From Archangiaceae bacterium (GTDB taxonomy: Bacteria; Myxococcota; Myxococcia; Myxococcales; Myxococcaceae): a stretch of DNA of 23,074 bases. The DNA is taken from the NCBI GenBank assembly GCA_043750125.1, contig JAYVCD010000173.1, positions 1 through 23,074 on the forward strand, read 5' to 3'. The notes under the pieces were generated by a model, which was not told the DNA's origin, did no database searches, and saw only the letters and a list, made by a program, of their open reading frames with translations. Each line of letters opens with the position of its first letter. The first letter of the stretch is position 1. The position numbers and the translations under genes are program-made. Of this stretch, positions 7,531 to 15,171 are shown piece by piece.

Positions 7531-9147
7531 TTGGCGCCCGTGCCATTCGCCCTCAAAGTAACCAAGGGTCCAGGTGCCGGGTCCGAGTTTGCCTTCGACG
7601 AAAACGAAGCAAAGTTGGGGCGCACCGCCGACAACGACATCGTCGTCAAAGACTCTGGAGCCTCGCGCAGCCACTGCAGAGTGTTCCTCAAAGGCGGCCG
7701 CTACTTCGTCGAAGATCTCGCCAGCGCCAACGGCACCAAGCTCAACGACACGGTGCTGTCCCGGCCGCAGCAGATCGAATCGGGCGACAAAATCACCATC
7801 GGCGATGTCGAGTTCACCTTCTCACTGGTCGTCGCCACCACGTTGCATGCCCAGCTGGTGCCCGGCGACGCGACGCTGCTCCAGCCGCCCAGTCGCAAAG
7901 ATGCCGAGGGCGAGAAGCGCACTTCCCGCAAAGCTCCGTCCGCTCGCACCGACACCGAAGGCGACGTAGCCACCGTTGCCGGCAACGAGACGATGGAAGT
8001 CCAGATGCAATCGCCCGGCAAGCTGACGGCCTTCAACCCCGGCGCCACGGTGGTCGTCCCGGTTCCCCCTCCGCTCGCGCGGCGCTCGGCGTCCCTGGCG
8101 AAGGTCGACGACAGCACCCGCGATCTGGGGATCAAGCGCATCCCCCCCAGCGCGCTGGTGACCGCCCTTTCCGAGCCCGAAGAGATGACCGCGGCCGAGC
8201 GGCATCGAAAACGGCGCGGTCAGCAGAAGTCGGCGCTGGGCCGCATCTCGATGGGGTGGGGCGATCTGCCCAGGCCTGCCCGGCTCGCCTTCACCGGCCT
8301 CGGGGTGATTTTCGTGCTCGGAACGGGTGGGTTCACGCTGCAGCAGATGCTTCCCAGGGACACCGGCCCGAAAAAGATCGAGCCCAGTGAGCTCATCGCC
8401 AACGCCGCCGGCACCCGCGACAGCTTCGGTGCGGGCGACGAAGTGACCTGGCAGCGGCCTGACATGAAGCTGTTCAACTTCAACCTCGCCTCGCCCACCC
8501 AGGTGGTGGCGGTGCTGCATTACGGGTCGCGCGACATCTCGAAAGACGAGGTGTCGATTACGGTCAACGGCGCCGAAGTGGGCTTCGTGCCCCCCGACAC
8601 CCTCGATGGAACCCGGGACATCGAGGTCGTCCTCCCCCCCCACATCATCAAGCCCCGCGAGCAGAACCAACTGGTCTTCGACAGCACCCGGAACCCCCCC
8701 GGCAACGATCCCTGGCGGGTCTTCAACATCTGGATCGAGATCATCCCCATTCCAGAGCTCTCGGCCGACGAGACCGCCCGCCTGGCCAAGGACAGCCTCC
8801 TCAACGCCGACCGGCTGTTCGACCTGCGAAGCATCGGGCCGGAGAACCTCTTCAAAGCCTGGAAGGTCTACCGCGAGGCCTGGCTGCTGATGGAATCGCT
8901 GCCCGACAAGACTCCCGTCACCGACGTCTTGCCCTATGCCCGTTCCCGCATGCGCGAGCTGCGACCCCTGCTCGATCAGAAGTGCAATGGCCTGATGGTC
9001 GAGTACCAGAAGGCAATCAACAGCCGGCCTCCCAACCTGAAGTTGGCGATGCAGCTGCTCAAGGACGTAGAGCGGTACTACCCGACCCGCGAGCACCCCT
9101 GCTACGGCTTCTCCCGGGCGCTGCTGGCCGAGATGGAAGCTTGGTAG
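7531..9147 (+). CDS. FHA domain-containing single-pass membrane protein
   Basis: N-terminal FHA motifs LGR..DNDI, ASRSH, EDLASANGT and GDKITIG, then a disordered linker, a basic patch, one TM segment (LAFTGLGVIFVLGTGGF) and a large C-terminal extracytoplasmic region. Start is TTG 7531 or GTG 7540. Confidence 0.88.
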   Translation: MAPVPFALKVTKGPGAGSEFAFDENEAKLGRTADNDIVVKDSGASRSHCRVFLKGGRYFVEDLASANGTKLNDTVLSRPQQIESGDKITIGDVEFTFSLVVATTLHAQLVPGDATLLQPPSRKDAEGEKRTSRKAPSARTDTEGDVATVAGNETMEVQMQSPGKLTAFNPGATVVVPVPPPLARRSASLAKVDDSTRDLGIKRIPPSALVTALSEPEEMTAAERHRKRRGQQKSALGRISMGWGDLPRPARLAFTGLGVIFVLGTGGFTLQQMLPRDTGPKKIEPSELIANAAGTRDSFGAGDEVTWQRPDMKLFNFNLASPTQVVAVLHYGSRDISKDEVSITVNGAEVGFVPPDTLDGTRDIEVVLPPHIIKPREQNQLVFDSTRNPPGNDPWRVFNIWIEIIPIPELSADETARLAKDSLLNADRLFDLRSIGPENLFKAWKVYREAWLLMESLPDKTPVTDVLPYARSRMRELRPLLDQKCNGLMVEYQKAINSRPPNLKLAMQLLKDVERYYPTREHPCYGFSRALLAEMEAW

Positions 9148-9307
9148 ACTGGTAGGCGACTGTCTTACCTCCCGGTCATCCGTCAGGGTGCCGGCGGGTG
9201 CGACTTCTCCTCGCGGGTGCCCGATAATTCTTCGAGTCATGCGCACCCCCAAACGGGCCAGATTGCCGATGGTTGACCGCGCTGTGGGCTGCCATGCATC
9301 CCCTCCG

Positions 9308-10057
9308 ATGGCGCGCAGGGATTCCGGGCAGGCGATGATCGAAACGGCAATCGTCATGCCGCTGTTCGTTTTCATGGTCCTCGGCACCTTTCAACTGGGG
9401 CTGATGCACCAGGCCCGGCTGATGACCAAGTACGCCGCCTACAAAGCCACCCGGGCCGGCGCGATTCACAGCGCCTCCGGGAAGGTGATGGCTGCCGCGG
9501 CGCTGGCGACCCTGGTGCCGCTGGTCGCGCGCAAAGTCCCGGGAGGCGAGAGCTTCATCAAGACCGTCGACCCCGTGGGCGCGAAGAAGGCTTTCAACAA
9601 TTTCTGGGACGGCTCGAAGGTGAAGGACCACGAGGGCACCCACATTCCGGTGCTCACCGTCACCATCTGCAATCCAACCAGCACTGCCGCCGAAACCGGA
9701 GACTGGGACTTTCCCAGCGGCGACGTAGCCGACTGGAAGACGAACGACAAAACCAAGCTGACGGTGCAGGTGCTGTTCAACTACCGACTGGTGATTCCGT
9801 TCGCGAACATGGTGCTCTGGCGCATCACCCGCGGTGAAGAGAACGCCCAGCTGCTGCGCGTCACCCGGCTGGGAATCAAGCCGCTGCCGGGCAACACCGC
9901 CAAGCTCGGAACCGACTACACCGCCGCCGCGGACAACAACATCTACCTCATTCCGATTCGCGCCAATTGGAACATGCGCATGCAGTCCGACTTCTTGCCC
10001 AACCAGTTTCCGCTCCCCGGGCAAAACACCTGCATCATTCCGTTCGCGAGGCTTTGA
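9308..10057 (+). CDS. tadE: TadE-like minor pilin
   Basis: Class III signal peptide MARRDSG|QAMIE (G-1, E+5), a hydrophobic helix, then KYAAYKATRAG, typical of the TadE domain. Start moved from 9188 to ATG 9308. Confidence 0.85.
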   Translation: MARRDSGQAMIETAIVMPLFVFMVLGTFQLGLMHQARLMTKYAAYKATRAGAIHSASGKVMAAAALATLVPLVARKVPGGESFIKTVDPVGAKKAFNNFWDGSKVKDHEGTHIPVLTVTICNPTSTAAETGDWDFPSGDVADWKTNDKTKLTVQVLFNYRLVIPFANMVLWRITRGEENAQLLRVTRLGIKPLPGNTAKLGTDYTAAADNNIYLIPIRANWNMRMQSDFLPNQFPLPGQNTCIIPFARL

Positions 10058-10059
10058 CC

Positions 10060-11619
10060 ATGCGCAAACCCTTCAAAGCCCCGCCCCCGAATTCACGCGG
10101 ACAGGTGCTCGCGCTCAGCTGCGTGCTGCTGTTCGTGATGGCGATGACGATGATGTTGTCGTTCAACCTCACCCAGGGCATTCACGAGAAGATCCGCCTT
10201 CAGTCTCACACCGACGCCGTCGCGTATTCGGTGGCCGCGGTCGAGGCGCGCGCGTTCAACTACCTCGCCTACACCAACCGTGCGATCGCCGCCGGCCTGG
10301 TCGCGCAGATGGGGTTGCACGCGTGGATGTCCACCGCGAGCGCGGCCGCGGCGACGGTCGAAGCAGGGTCGCTGGCCTTCGGAATCCTGGCGGTCACCGA
10401 GTTTCTCGCGGCCGGCTTCTGTCCGGCTCCCTGCTGCATCATGCCGATGCACTGCAAGCACAGCCTCGAAGCGGGAATCGTGGCGATCAAGATGTTCATC
10501 GAGGCCGGCGACATCTCAGACAAGGTCAACGGTCACGACTCCGACTTCAATGATGCGGTCGCGGACTTGAAGACGATGGTCGACGAGATGCACAAAGATC
10601 AGCGCAGCGTGCTCGACATCGCGAAGAGCACTTTGAAGATCGCCGTTCCCGTGAAGATGAGATTGCTCAATGCCCCCACCTCAGACCTCACTACCCAGCC
10701 GATGGTCGACGGCACCAACGCGATTGCCTTTGCGTGCGCGCTCGAGGGTTCCAACTTCGACGGCGATTGCACCACTCGCCCGAAGGCAGATCCCAAAGTC
10801 CGTTCGATCGTCCTCGAGAATTCTGCCAACTCGGCGCGGACCCTCTACCTGCGGAAGATTGTCCCCAGCTTGGGAATGGACGCGCACGAAGACTTTCGCA
10901 GCAACAGCAAGTACCTCAAGGATCTCCAGAACAGCAAAGGCGAGGTGGTCGTCGTGCGCCTCGGCAATGCCCACGTCGGCGAGGGCTACGACCTGGGCAG
11001 CGACAATGGCAGCGCGGTCGACTCGGTCGGAGCGACAAACATCGTGAGCTACATCGTTCCCACCTGGGAAGATTTGCCCACCATCGGCGGCAGCAAAGCC
11101 AAGATCTTCTCTGATTCCAGCGGAGGCAAACACGAGAACGGATTGCTTTTGGGCAGCGACAGCAATCACAATAAATTCCTCGGTGCCCAGAAGAGCGACG
11201 TCTGTGGCAACGACGAAAACTGCTTCATTCACTTTCGCGCCACCGACAAGAAGGAAGACGACTTCGGTCAGCCCACCGCCTACGGCGCGGCGCGGCAAAA
11301 CCTGCGAACCCGACCCGACACCACCAAGAACTTCTGGGAGGTCAACAAGGCCGCCACGATCAAAATCGAGCTCGTCAAGGACCAGCCGATGGAGCTCGAG
11401 CTCGCCGCCCGAAAGGACGCGCTCGCCGTGAGCAAAGCCAAGGCCTACTTCCACCAGCCGGGCAACTGGAAGGCGCCTCCCAACTTCTTCGACCCTTTCT
11501 GGCGGGCCAAGCTTCACCCTTTCCACCGCCCCGAGCTGGTCGGCCTGCTCAAGCAGGTGGGCGCGATCGAGGATTCCGCTCTCGCCGAGGGGATGCCGTA
11601 CGAAGGAGACACCCGATGA
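10060..11619 (+). CDS. tadG: TadG-like large minor/tip pilin
   Basis: Basic leader ending SRG|QVLAL (no E+5, as is usual for large tip pilins), a hydrophobic helix, the Tad-domain pattern KIRLQSHTDAVAYSVA and C-terminal KAYFHQP...PNFFDPFWRAKL. ATG is 2 nt after the upstream stop. Confidence 0.82.
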   Translation: MRKPFKAPPPNSRGQVLALSCVLLFVMAMTMMLSFNLTQGIHEKIRLQSHTDAVAYSVAAVEARAFNYLAYTNRAIAAGLVAQMGLHAWMSTASAAAATVEAGSLAFGILAVTEFLAAGFCPAPCCIMPMHCKHSLEAGIVAIKMFIEAGDISDKVNGHDSDFNDAVADLKTMVDEMHKDQRSVLDIAKSTLKIAVPVKMRLLNAPTSDLTTQPMVDGTNAIAFACALEGSNFDGDCTTRPKADPKVRSIVLENSANSARTLYLRKIVPSLGMDAHEDFRSNSKYLKDLQNSKGEVVVVRLGNAHVGEGYDLGSDNGSAVDSVGATNIVSYIVPTWEDLPTIGGSKAKIFSDSSGGKHENGLLLGSDSNHNKFLGAQKSDVCGNDENCFIHFRATDKKEDDFGQPTAYGAARQNLRTRPDTTKNFWEVNKAATIKIELVKDQPMELELAARKDALAVSKAKAYFHQPGNWKAPPNFFDPFWRAKLHPFHRPELVGLLKQVGAIEDSALAEGMPYEGDTR

Positions 11620-12560
11620 AGGGCACAAAAGCCCGGGGGCAGGCCACCGTCGAGCTGGCGGTGACGACGATCGTCTTCGTGCCCCTCGCGCTCTACGTGT
11701 TGTTTCTGGGGGACCTGCTTCGCCACAAGCTCGATCTGGCCGAGGTGGTCTTCTCTTCAGCGTGGGACTACACCAGCGTTCCGTTGGACAAGGGCGTGCC
11801 CAACCTGAGCAAGCCCAACGAGCTGACCTATTGCGATCACACTTCGGCGTACAACTCGTACGACTCGAACTTCGAGTGTGAGAACCCCCAGAACCACGTC
11901 GCCCTCGCGGCGCACGCGTGCTGGCAGACGGGCGCCGGCTACGAAGCCAACAAGCTCAAGTGCAAGATTTCCGAGCCGCTCGTGGGTTTGATTTCGGCCA
12001 CCTACGGCCCCTTCAACAACGGCGGCATCGCCAGCTGCAGCGCCCAGCTGGGCGTCATCAACTACATGATCCCGCAGAAGATCTTGAGCCAGTTCTCACA
12101 GGTCGATGCCACCCGCACCAAGAAGTTCGACTCGGGCACCAACCCCCACGCCGCAGGAGCCGGCCTCGCCGTCGAAGACCACTACCTGCTGCAGCGCCAG
12201 ACGTTCGGGGTGCTGGTCGACACCTGGGCGCTCAACATCACCGACAGCATCAGCCCGGACACCGGCTTCACCACTCCTTTCTACCTGCGAATGGCCGCCT
12301 ATTACGTTCCCGCAGCACAGAGCAAAGTGGGCAAGGCCAATGACCTCGCCGATGCCCTGAAGAAGGACAAGCTGCTGGGGGACCTCGCCACCGTGGACGA
12401 AACGGGCGACAACCTCATGACCCCTCACCTCGCCTACGACCCGACGCCCGGCCATTCGTTCGACGACCACACCAGCTCGGGCTGGAGCGATTCCCGCGTC
12501 CAGAACAGCCACTCCGCGCGCGAAAACAGCTACTTCGCAGTGGGCGAAGGCGAGTGGTGA
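11616..12560 (+). CDS. TadE-like minor pilin (second)
   Basis: MKGTKARG|QATVE class III signal with E+5 and a hydrophobic helix. ATGA overlap with the upstream gene and SD AAGGAG at 11603-11608. Confidence 0.82.
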   Translation: MKGTKARGQATVELAVTTIVFVPLALYVLFLGDLLRHKLDLAEVVFSSAWDYTSVPLDKGVPNLSKPNELTYCDHTSAYNSYDSNFECENPQNHVALAAHACWQTGAGYEANKLKCKISEPLVGLISATYGPFNNGGIASCSAQLGVINYMIPQKILSQFSQVDATRTKKFDSGTNPHAAGAGLAVEDHYLLQRQTFGVLVDTWALNITDSISPDTGFTTPFYLRMAAYYVPAAQSKVGKANDLADALKKDKLLGDLATVDETGDNLMTPHLAYDPTPGHSFDDHTSSGWSDSRVQNSHSARENSYFAVGEGEW

Positions 12561-12563
12561 GCG

Positions 12564-13418
12564 GTGGCTCTGCGTTCGACTTCGGCGCTGAAGTTGGTGG
12601 CGGGGGCCAGCGCGGTGGGCGTGGCGATGGGCATCGCCCTGGCCTTTCACCGCGACACCGTCGCCGAAGAGCAAGTGGCCGCGGTGCTCGACGAAGCTGG
12701 GCGCGCGCTGCCCACCGCTGACCTCGTCGCCCGCCAATCGAAGGACCCGATGGCTGCCGACCCTGAGGCGCTGGAAGGCATTCCCCCTTTTCCCGACGCG
12801 GTGCCTCGGCGCCTTTCCAGGAACCTCAAAGGGCAGGGTCGCGCCATGGCGATCGCCTGGTTCGAGACTCCGCTTCCGGTCGAGCAGGTGTTGTCGTTCT
12901 ACGAAGAGGCATTCAACAAGCTGCAGGTCATTTATTCGATTCATCGCTACAGCGCGCGATCCGGCTACGTCAGTTATTTTCAAAATCCAAAAGAGCTCCA
13001 GACCAGTCTGCTCAGGCTGGTGTCCGCGGTTCGCGAAGGTGAGACCACGGTGGTGATGATTTCGAACCTGCGCCCGCTCGAGCTGCTCGAAGCGGCCCAA
13101 CTGCCCGGGGGAATCTGGTTGCCCGCGATGGCCAACGCGCCCCAGTTGTTCGAGCTGTCTGAAGTCGGGGCCACCCGCTACACCGCCATCACCCTGGTCC
13201 CGAACGGAACCCTCGCGACCGTCGAAGCGACGTTCGAGGAAAACCTCGGCAAGCAGGGGTGGAGCTTCAGTGACCGCGCGACGACGGGCAGCCGGCTGAC
13301 CCTCGAGGCCAAACGGGGCAAGAGCACCCAGACGATCAGCTTGACGCAAGAGCCGCAAGGGGTTCGGTTGCTGGTCAACTTCGATGATCGCGAGATCAAC
13401 GCCGAGGCCGTTCAATGA
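12564..13418 (+). CDS. Hypothetical exported/membrane-anchored protein in the pilin cassette
   Basis: GTG is 3 nt after the upstream stop. N-terminal hydrophobic segment LVAGASAVGVAMGIALAF. ATGA overlap with the next gene. Confidence 0.75.
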   Translation: MALRSTSALKLVAGASAVGVAMGIALAFHRDTVAEEQVAAVLDEAGRALPTADLVARQSKDPMAADPEALEGIPPFPDAVPRRLSRNLKGQGRAMAIAWFETPLPVEQVLSFYEEAFNKLQVIYSIHRYSARSGYVSYFQNPKELQTSLLRLVSAVREGETTVVMISNLRPLELLEAAQLPGGIWLPAMANAPQLFELSEVGATRYTAITLVPNGTLATVEATFEENLGKQGWSFSDRATTGSRLTLEAKRGKSTQTISLTQEPQGVRLLVNFDDREINAEAVQ

Positions 13419-13642
13419 AGACGTGGGTCTGCCTCATCTTTCTGGTGTCCAGCGCAGCTTCGGCGCGCATCCCCAAGAGCAAAGACTGCAAGGAACGCTG
13501 CAACGAATACATCAAGGTCTGCGAAGACCAATGCAAGGCGGCGGCGGGGAAGCACGCGAAGGAATGCGTCAAGCAGTGCACGAAGGTGATTGCGAGCTGC
13601 GAGGGCGACTGTGACAAAAAACGGGAAAAGAAAAGTCACTGA
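13415..13642 (+). CDS. Small secreted cysteine-rich protein (four CX3C motifs)
   Basis: Signal peptide-like MKTWVCLIFLVSSAASA|, with mature pattern CX3CX6CX3C-X10-CX3CX6CX3C. Coupled to the upstream gene by ATGA. Confidence 0.75.
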   Translation: MKTWVCLIFLVSSAASARIPKSKDCKERCNEYIKVCEDQCKAAAGKHAKECVKQCTKVIASCEGDCDKKREKKSH

Positions 13643-13817
13643 GCGCTCGTTCCTGCCGGTCCCCCGCGGTCAAGCGATGGTCGAATACTCGACCGTGACG
13701 TTCGCGTTGCTGATTGGGACGGGGGTGGCACTGCTGCCGGTGCTCAACGTTTTTTACCAGGCGCTCAACACCTTCTACGATTCGATTTACTTCATTCTGA
13801 GTTCGGCAGTTCCGTGA
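13611..13817 (+). CDS. Flp-like small pilin (68-aa prepilin, 48-aa mature)
   Basis: GTG 13611 with SD-like GAGGG at 13601-13605. Basic leader MTKNGKRKVTERSFLPVPRG|QAMVEY has the E+5/Y+6 Flp signature, followed by a hydrophobic helix. Confidence 0.78.
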   Translation: MTKNGKRKVTERSFLPVPRGQAMVEYSTVTFALLIGTGVALLPVLNVFYQALNTFYDSIYFILSSAVP

Positions 13818-13840
13818 GCGGGCGCTAAGAAGCGCCGCTC

Positions 13841-14563
13841 ATGGATCCCAACGCTCCACCCAAGAAGCAGCGCTCGCCCCTGTTCTACGTCGCCATCGGT
13901 TGCGGTGGCTTGATGGCGCTGATTCTGATCGGGTTCGCCGTCGCAGGGCTGCTGCTGGTTCGCGCCGGGAAAGGCTTCGTCGACGGGATGACCGACCCGA
14001 CGCAGAAAGCCGCCAACGTCCAGAAGATGCTCGGCGTCGCTCCCGTCGGCTACTTTCCAATCATGACGCTGAGCATCCCGCTGATGATGGACATCGCGCT
14101 GCTCGGTGACCAAGAGCCTTTGCCCGACGGCGGCACCGCCGACTTCGACCGGGGCTTCATGTACTTCCGGGTCATCGCCAACGAGCAGTCGAATCGGGCC
14201 AAGGACTTCTTCGACGGAAAAGACAGTGACACCAGCGCGCTCAAAGGCAGCGGAGTCAACGTCGACGCCAAGGACATTCTGCGCCGCGGCGCACTGAAGA
14301 CCGCCAACGGCACCTCGGTGAAGTACGTCGCCACCCGCGGCACGATGGACACCCAGGGCCAGCACAAGCAGGAATCCAAGCCCGGTCTGAACACGGTGAT
14401 GTTCTTCGAGTGTCCCGGCGATACCGCCGTCCGGTTGGGCGTCTGGATGATGAAGGACCCGGACCCCGAGTTGCCCGTGAATCAACTTCAGCTGGAAGGC
14501 ACGGTGGCCGACGAGAGCCAGATTGCTGGCTTCATCAAGCCCCTGACTCCCTGCGGGAAGTAG
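13841..14563 (+). CDS. Hypothetical single-pass membrane protein
   Basis: Basic N-terminus, TM segment LFYVAIGCGGLMALILIGFAVAGLLLV and a soluble C-terminal domain with two Cys. Strong GC3 bias. Confidence 0.8.
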   Translation: MDPNAPPKKQRSPLFYVAIGCGGLMALILIGFAVAGLLLVRAGKGFVDGMTDPTQKAANVQKMLGVAPVGYFPIMTLSIPLMMDIALLGDQEPLPDGGTADFDRGFMYFRVIANEQSNRAKDFFDGKDSDTSALKGSGVNVDAKDILRRGALKTANGTSVKYVATRGTMDTQGQHKQESKPGLNTVMFFECPGDTAVRLGVWMMKDPDPELPVNQLQLEGTVADESQIAGFIKPLTPCGK

Positions 14564-14581
14564 CCCCTCACCTGTGGCGAA

Positions 14582-15154
14582 TCATGGCAGGTGGCCAAAC
14601 CGCTGCAGGTACGCCTCGGGCGAGTTGAGGTTGTCGAGAATCCGCGGGTCTTCGACGGCCACCTGACGCGCCTCGAGCAGCGCCACTCCTTCTTCGAGCG
14701 TGTCGAGCCTGGAGCCAAGCAGCAGCCGCGCGGCCGTTGCCCGAAGGCCCAGCGGGTGACCGCTTTTTCCTTCGAAGGTCGCCACCCCCGCGGGGCAGTC
14801 TTCGAGTGCGCTGAGCAGTCGGACCGCCGTCGCCTCTGCAATCAGGGGAATGTCTACCGGGTGAATCAGAATCCGGGTCGCGCCCTGCAGCAGCGCGGCG
14901 CGCAGCCCGACCCGCACCGACGAGAGCTGACCGTCCACCCAACCGGCGTTGAGCACCTGCTTCACCTGGGGGTGCAACCGAACGATCTGTTCCGCGTGGG
15001 CCCCCAGCACCGCCAGCGGTGAAAGGCCTGCCGCGCGGAAGATCCCGGCCAGGCGATCTAGAAAAGTAACACCCGGCGCGGTCTCGAGCAGCGCCTTGGG
15101 CTTGCCCATTCGTGAGCTTTGGCCTGCTGCGAGAATGATCGCGATCGCCTTCAT
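14582..15154 (-). CDS. Nucleotidyltransferase family protein (MocA/MobA-like NTP transferase)
   Basis: IILAAGQSSRMGKPKALL, GQLSSVRVGL, HPVDIP, GHP and DNLNSPEAY. SD-like GAGGA just upstream on the minus strand. Confidence 0.9.
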   Translation of the reverse strand: MKAIAIILAAGQSSRMGKPKALLETAPGVTFLDRLAGIFRAAGLSPLAVLGAHAEQIVRLHPQVKQVLNAGWVDGQLSSVRVGLRAALLQGATRILIHPVDIPLIAEATAVRLLSALEDCPAGVATFEGKSGHPLGLRATAARLLLGSRLDTLEEGVALLEARQVAVEDPRILDNLNSPEAYLQRFGHLP

Positions 15155-15171
15155 CCGGTCCTCACGGCACG

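Noticed and set aside
9148-9180. Weak hairpin (GGTAGG...CTTACC) after the FHA gene
   Set aside because: Short stem with a G-U pair and no U-tract. Not supportable as a terminator or ncRNA.
9188-9307. Upstream extension of the TadE-like ORF; likewise 9967-10059, 15996-16178, 17126-17200 and 21828-21884
   Set aside because: Prepilin leader position, stop/start overlaps or SD placement favour the downstream starts used here.
7822-9387. 521-aa minus-strand ORF
   Set aside because: Antisense shadow of the FHA gene with no recognisable motifs.
12096-13415. 439-aa minus-strand ORF (also 10681..11628)
   Set aside because: Antisense shadows of the pilin-cassette genes.
13616-13622. A_AAA_AAC slippery heptamer in the pilin frame
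   Set aside because: A -1 shift would enter the Cys-rich gene frame and stop at 13640-13642, giving no useful product. The run is explained by Lys codons in both frames.
13415-13642. Cys-rich peptide as thiazole RiPP precursor, ranthipeptide or c-type cytochrome
   Set aside because: It has a Sec-type signal rather than a RiPP leader and no CxxCH. The window has no radical SAM, dehydrogenase or E1-like partner, and the YcaO is of the TfuA type. Kept only as a candidate substrate to test.
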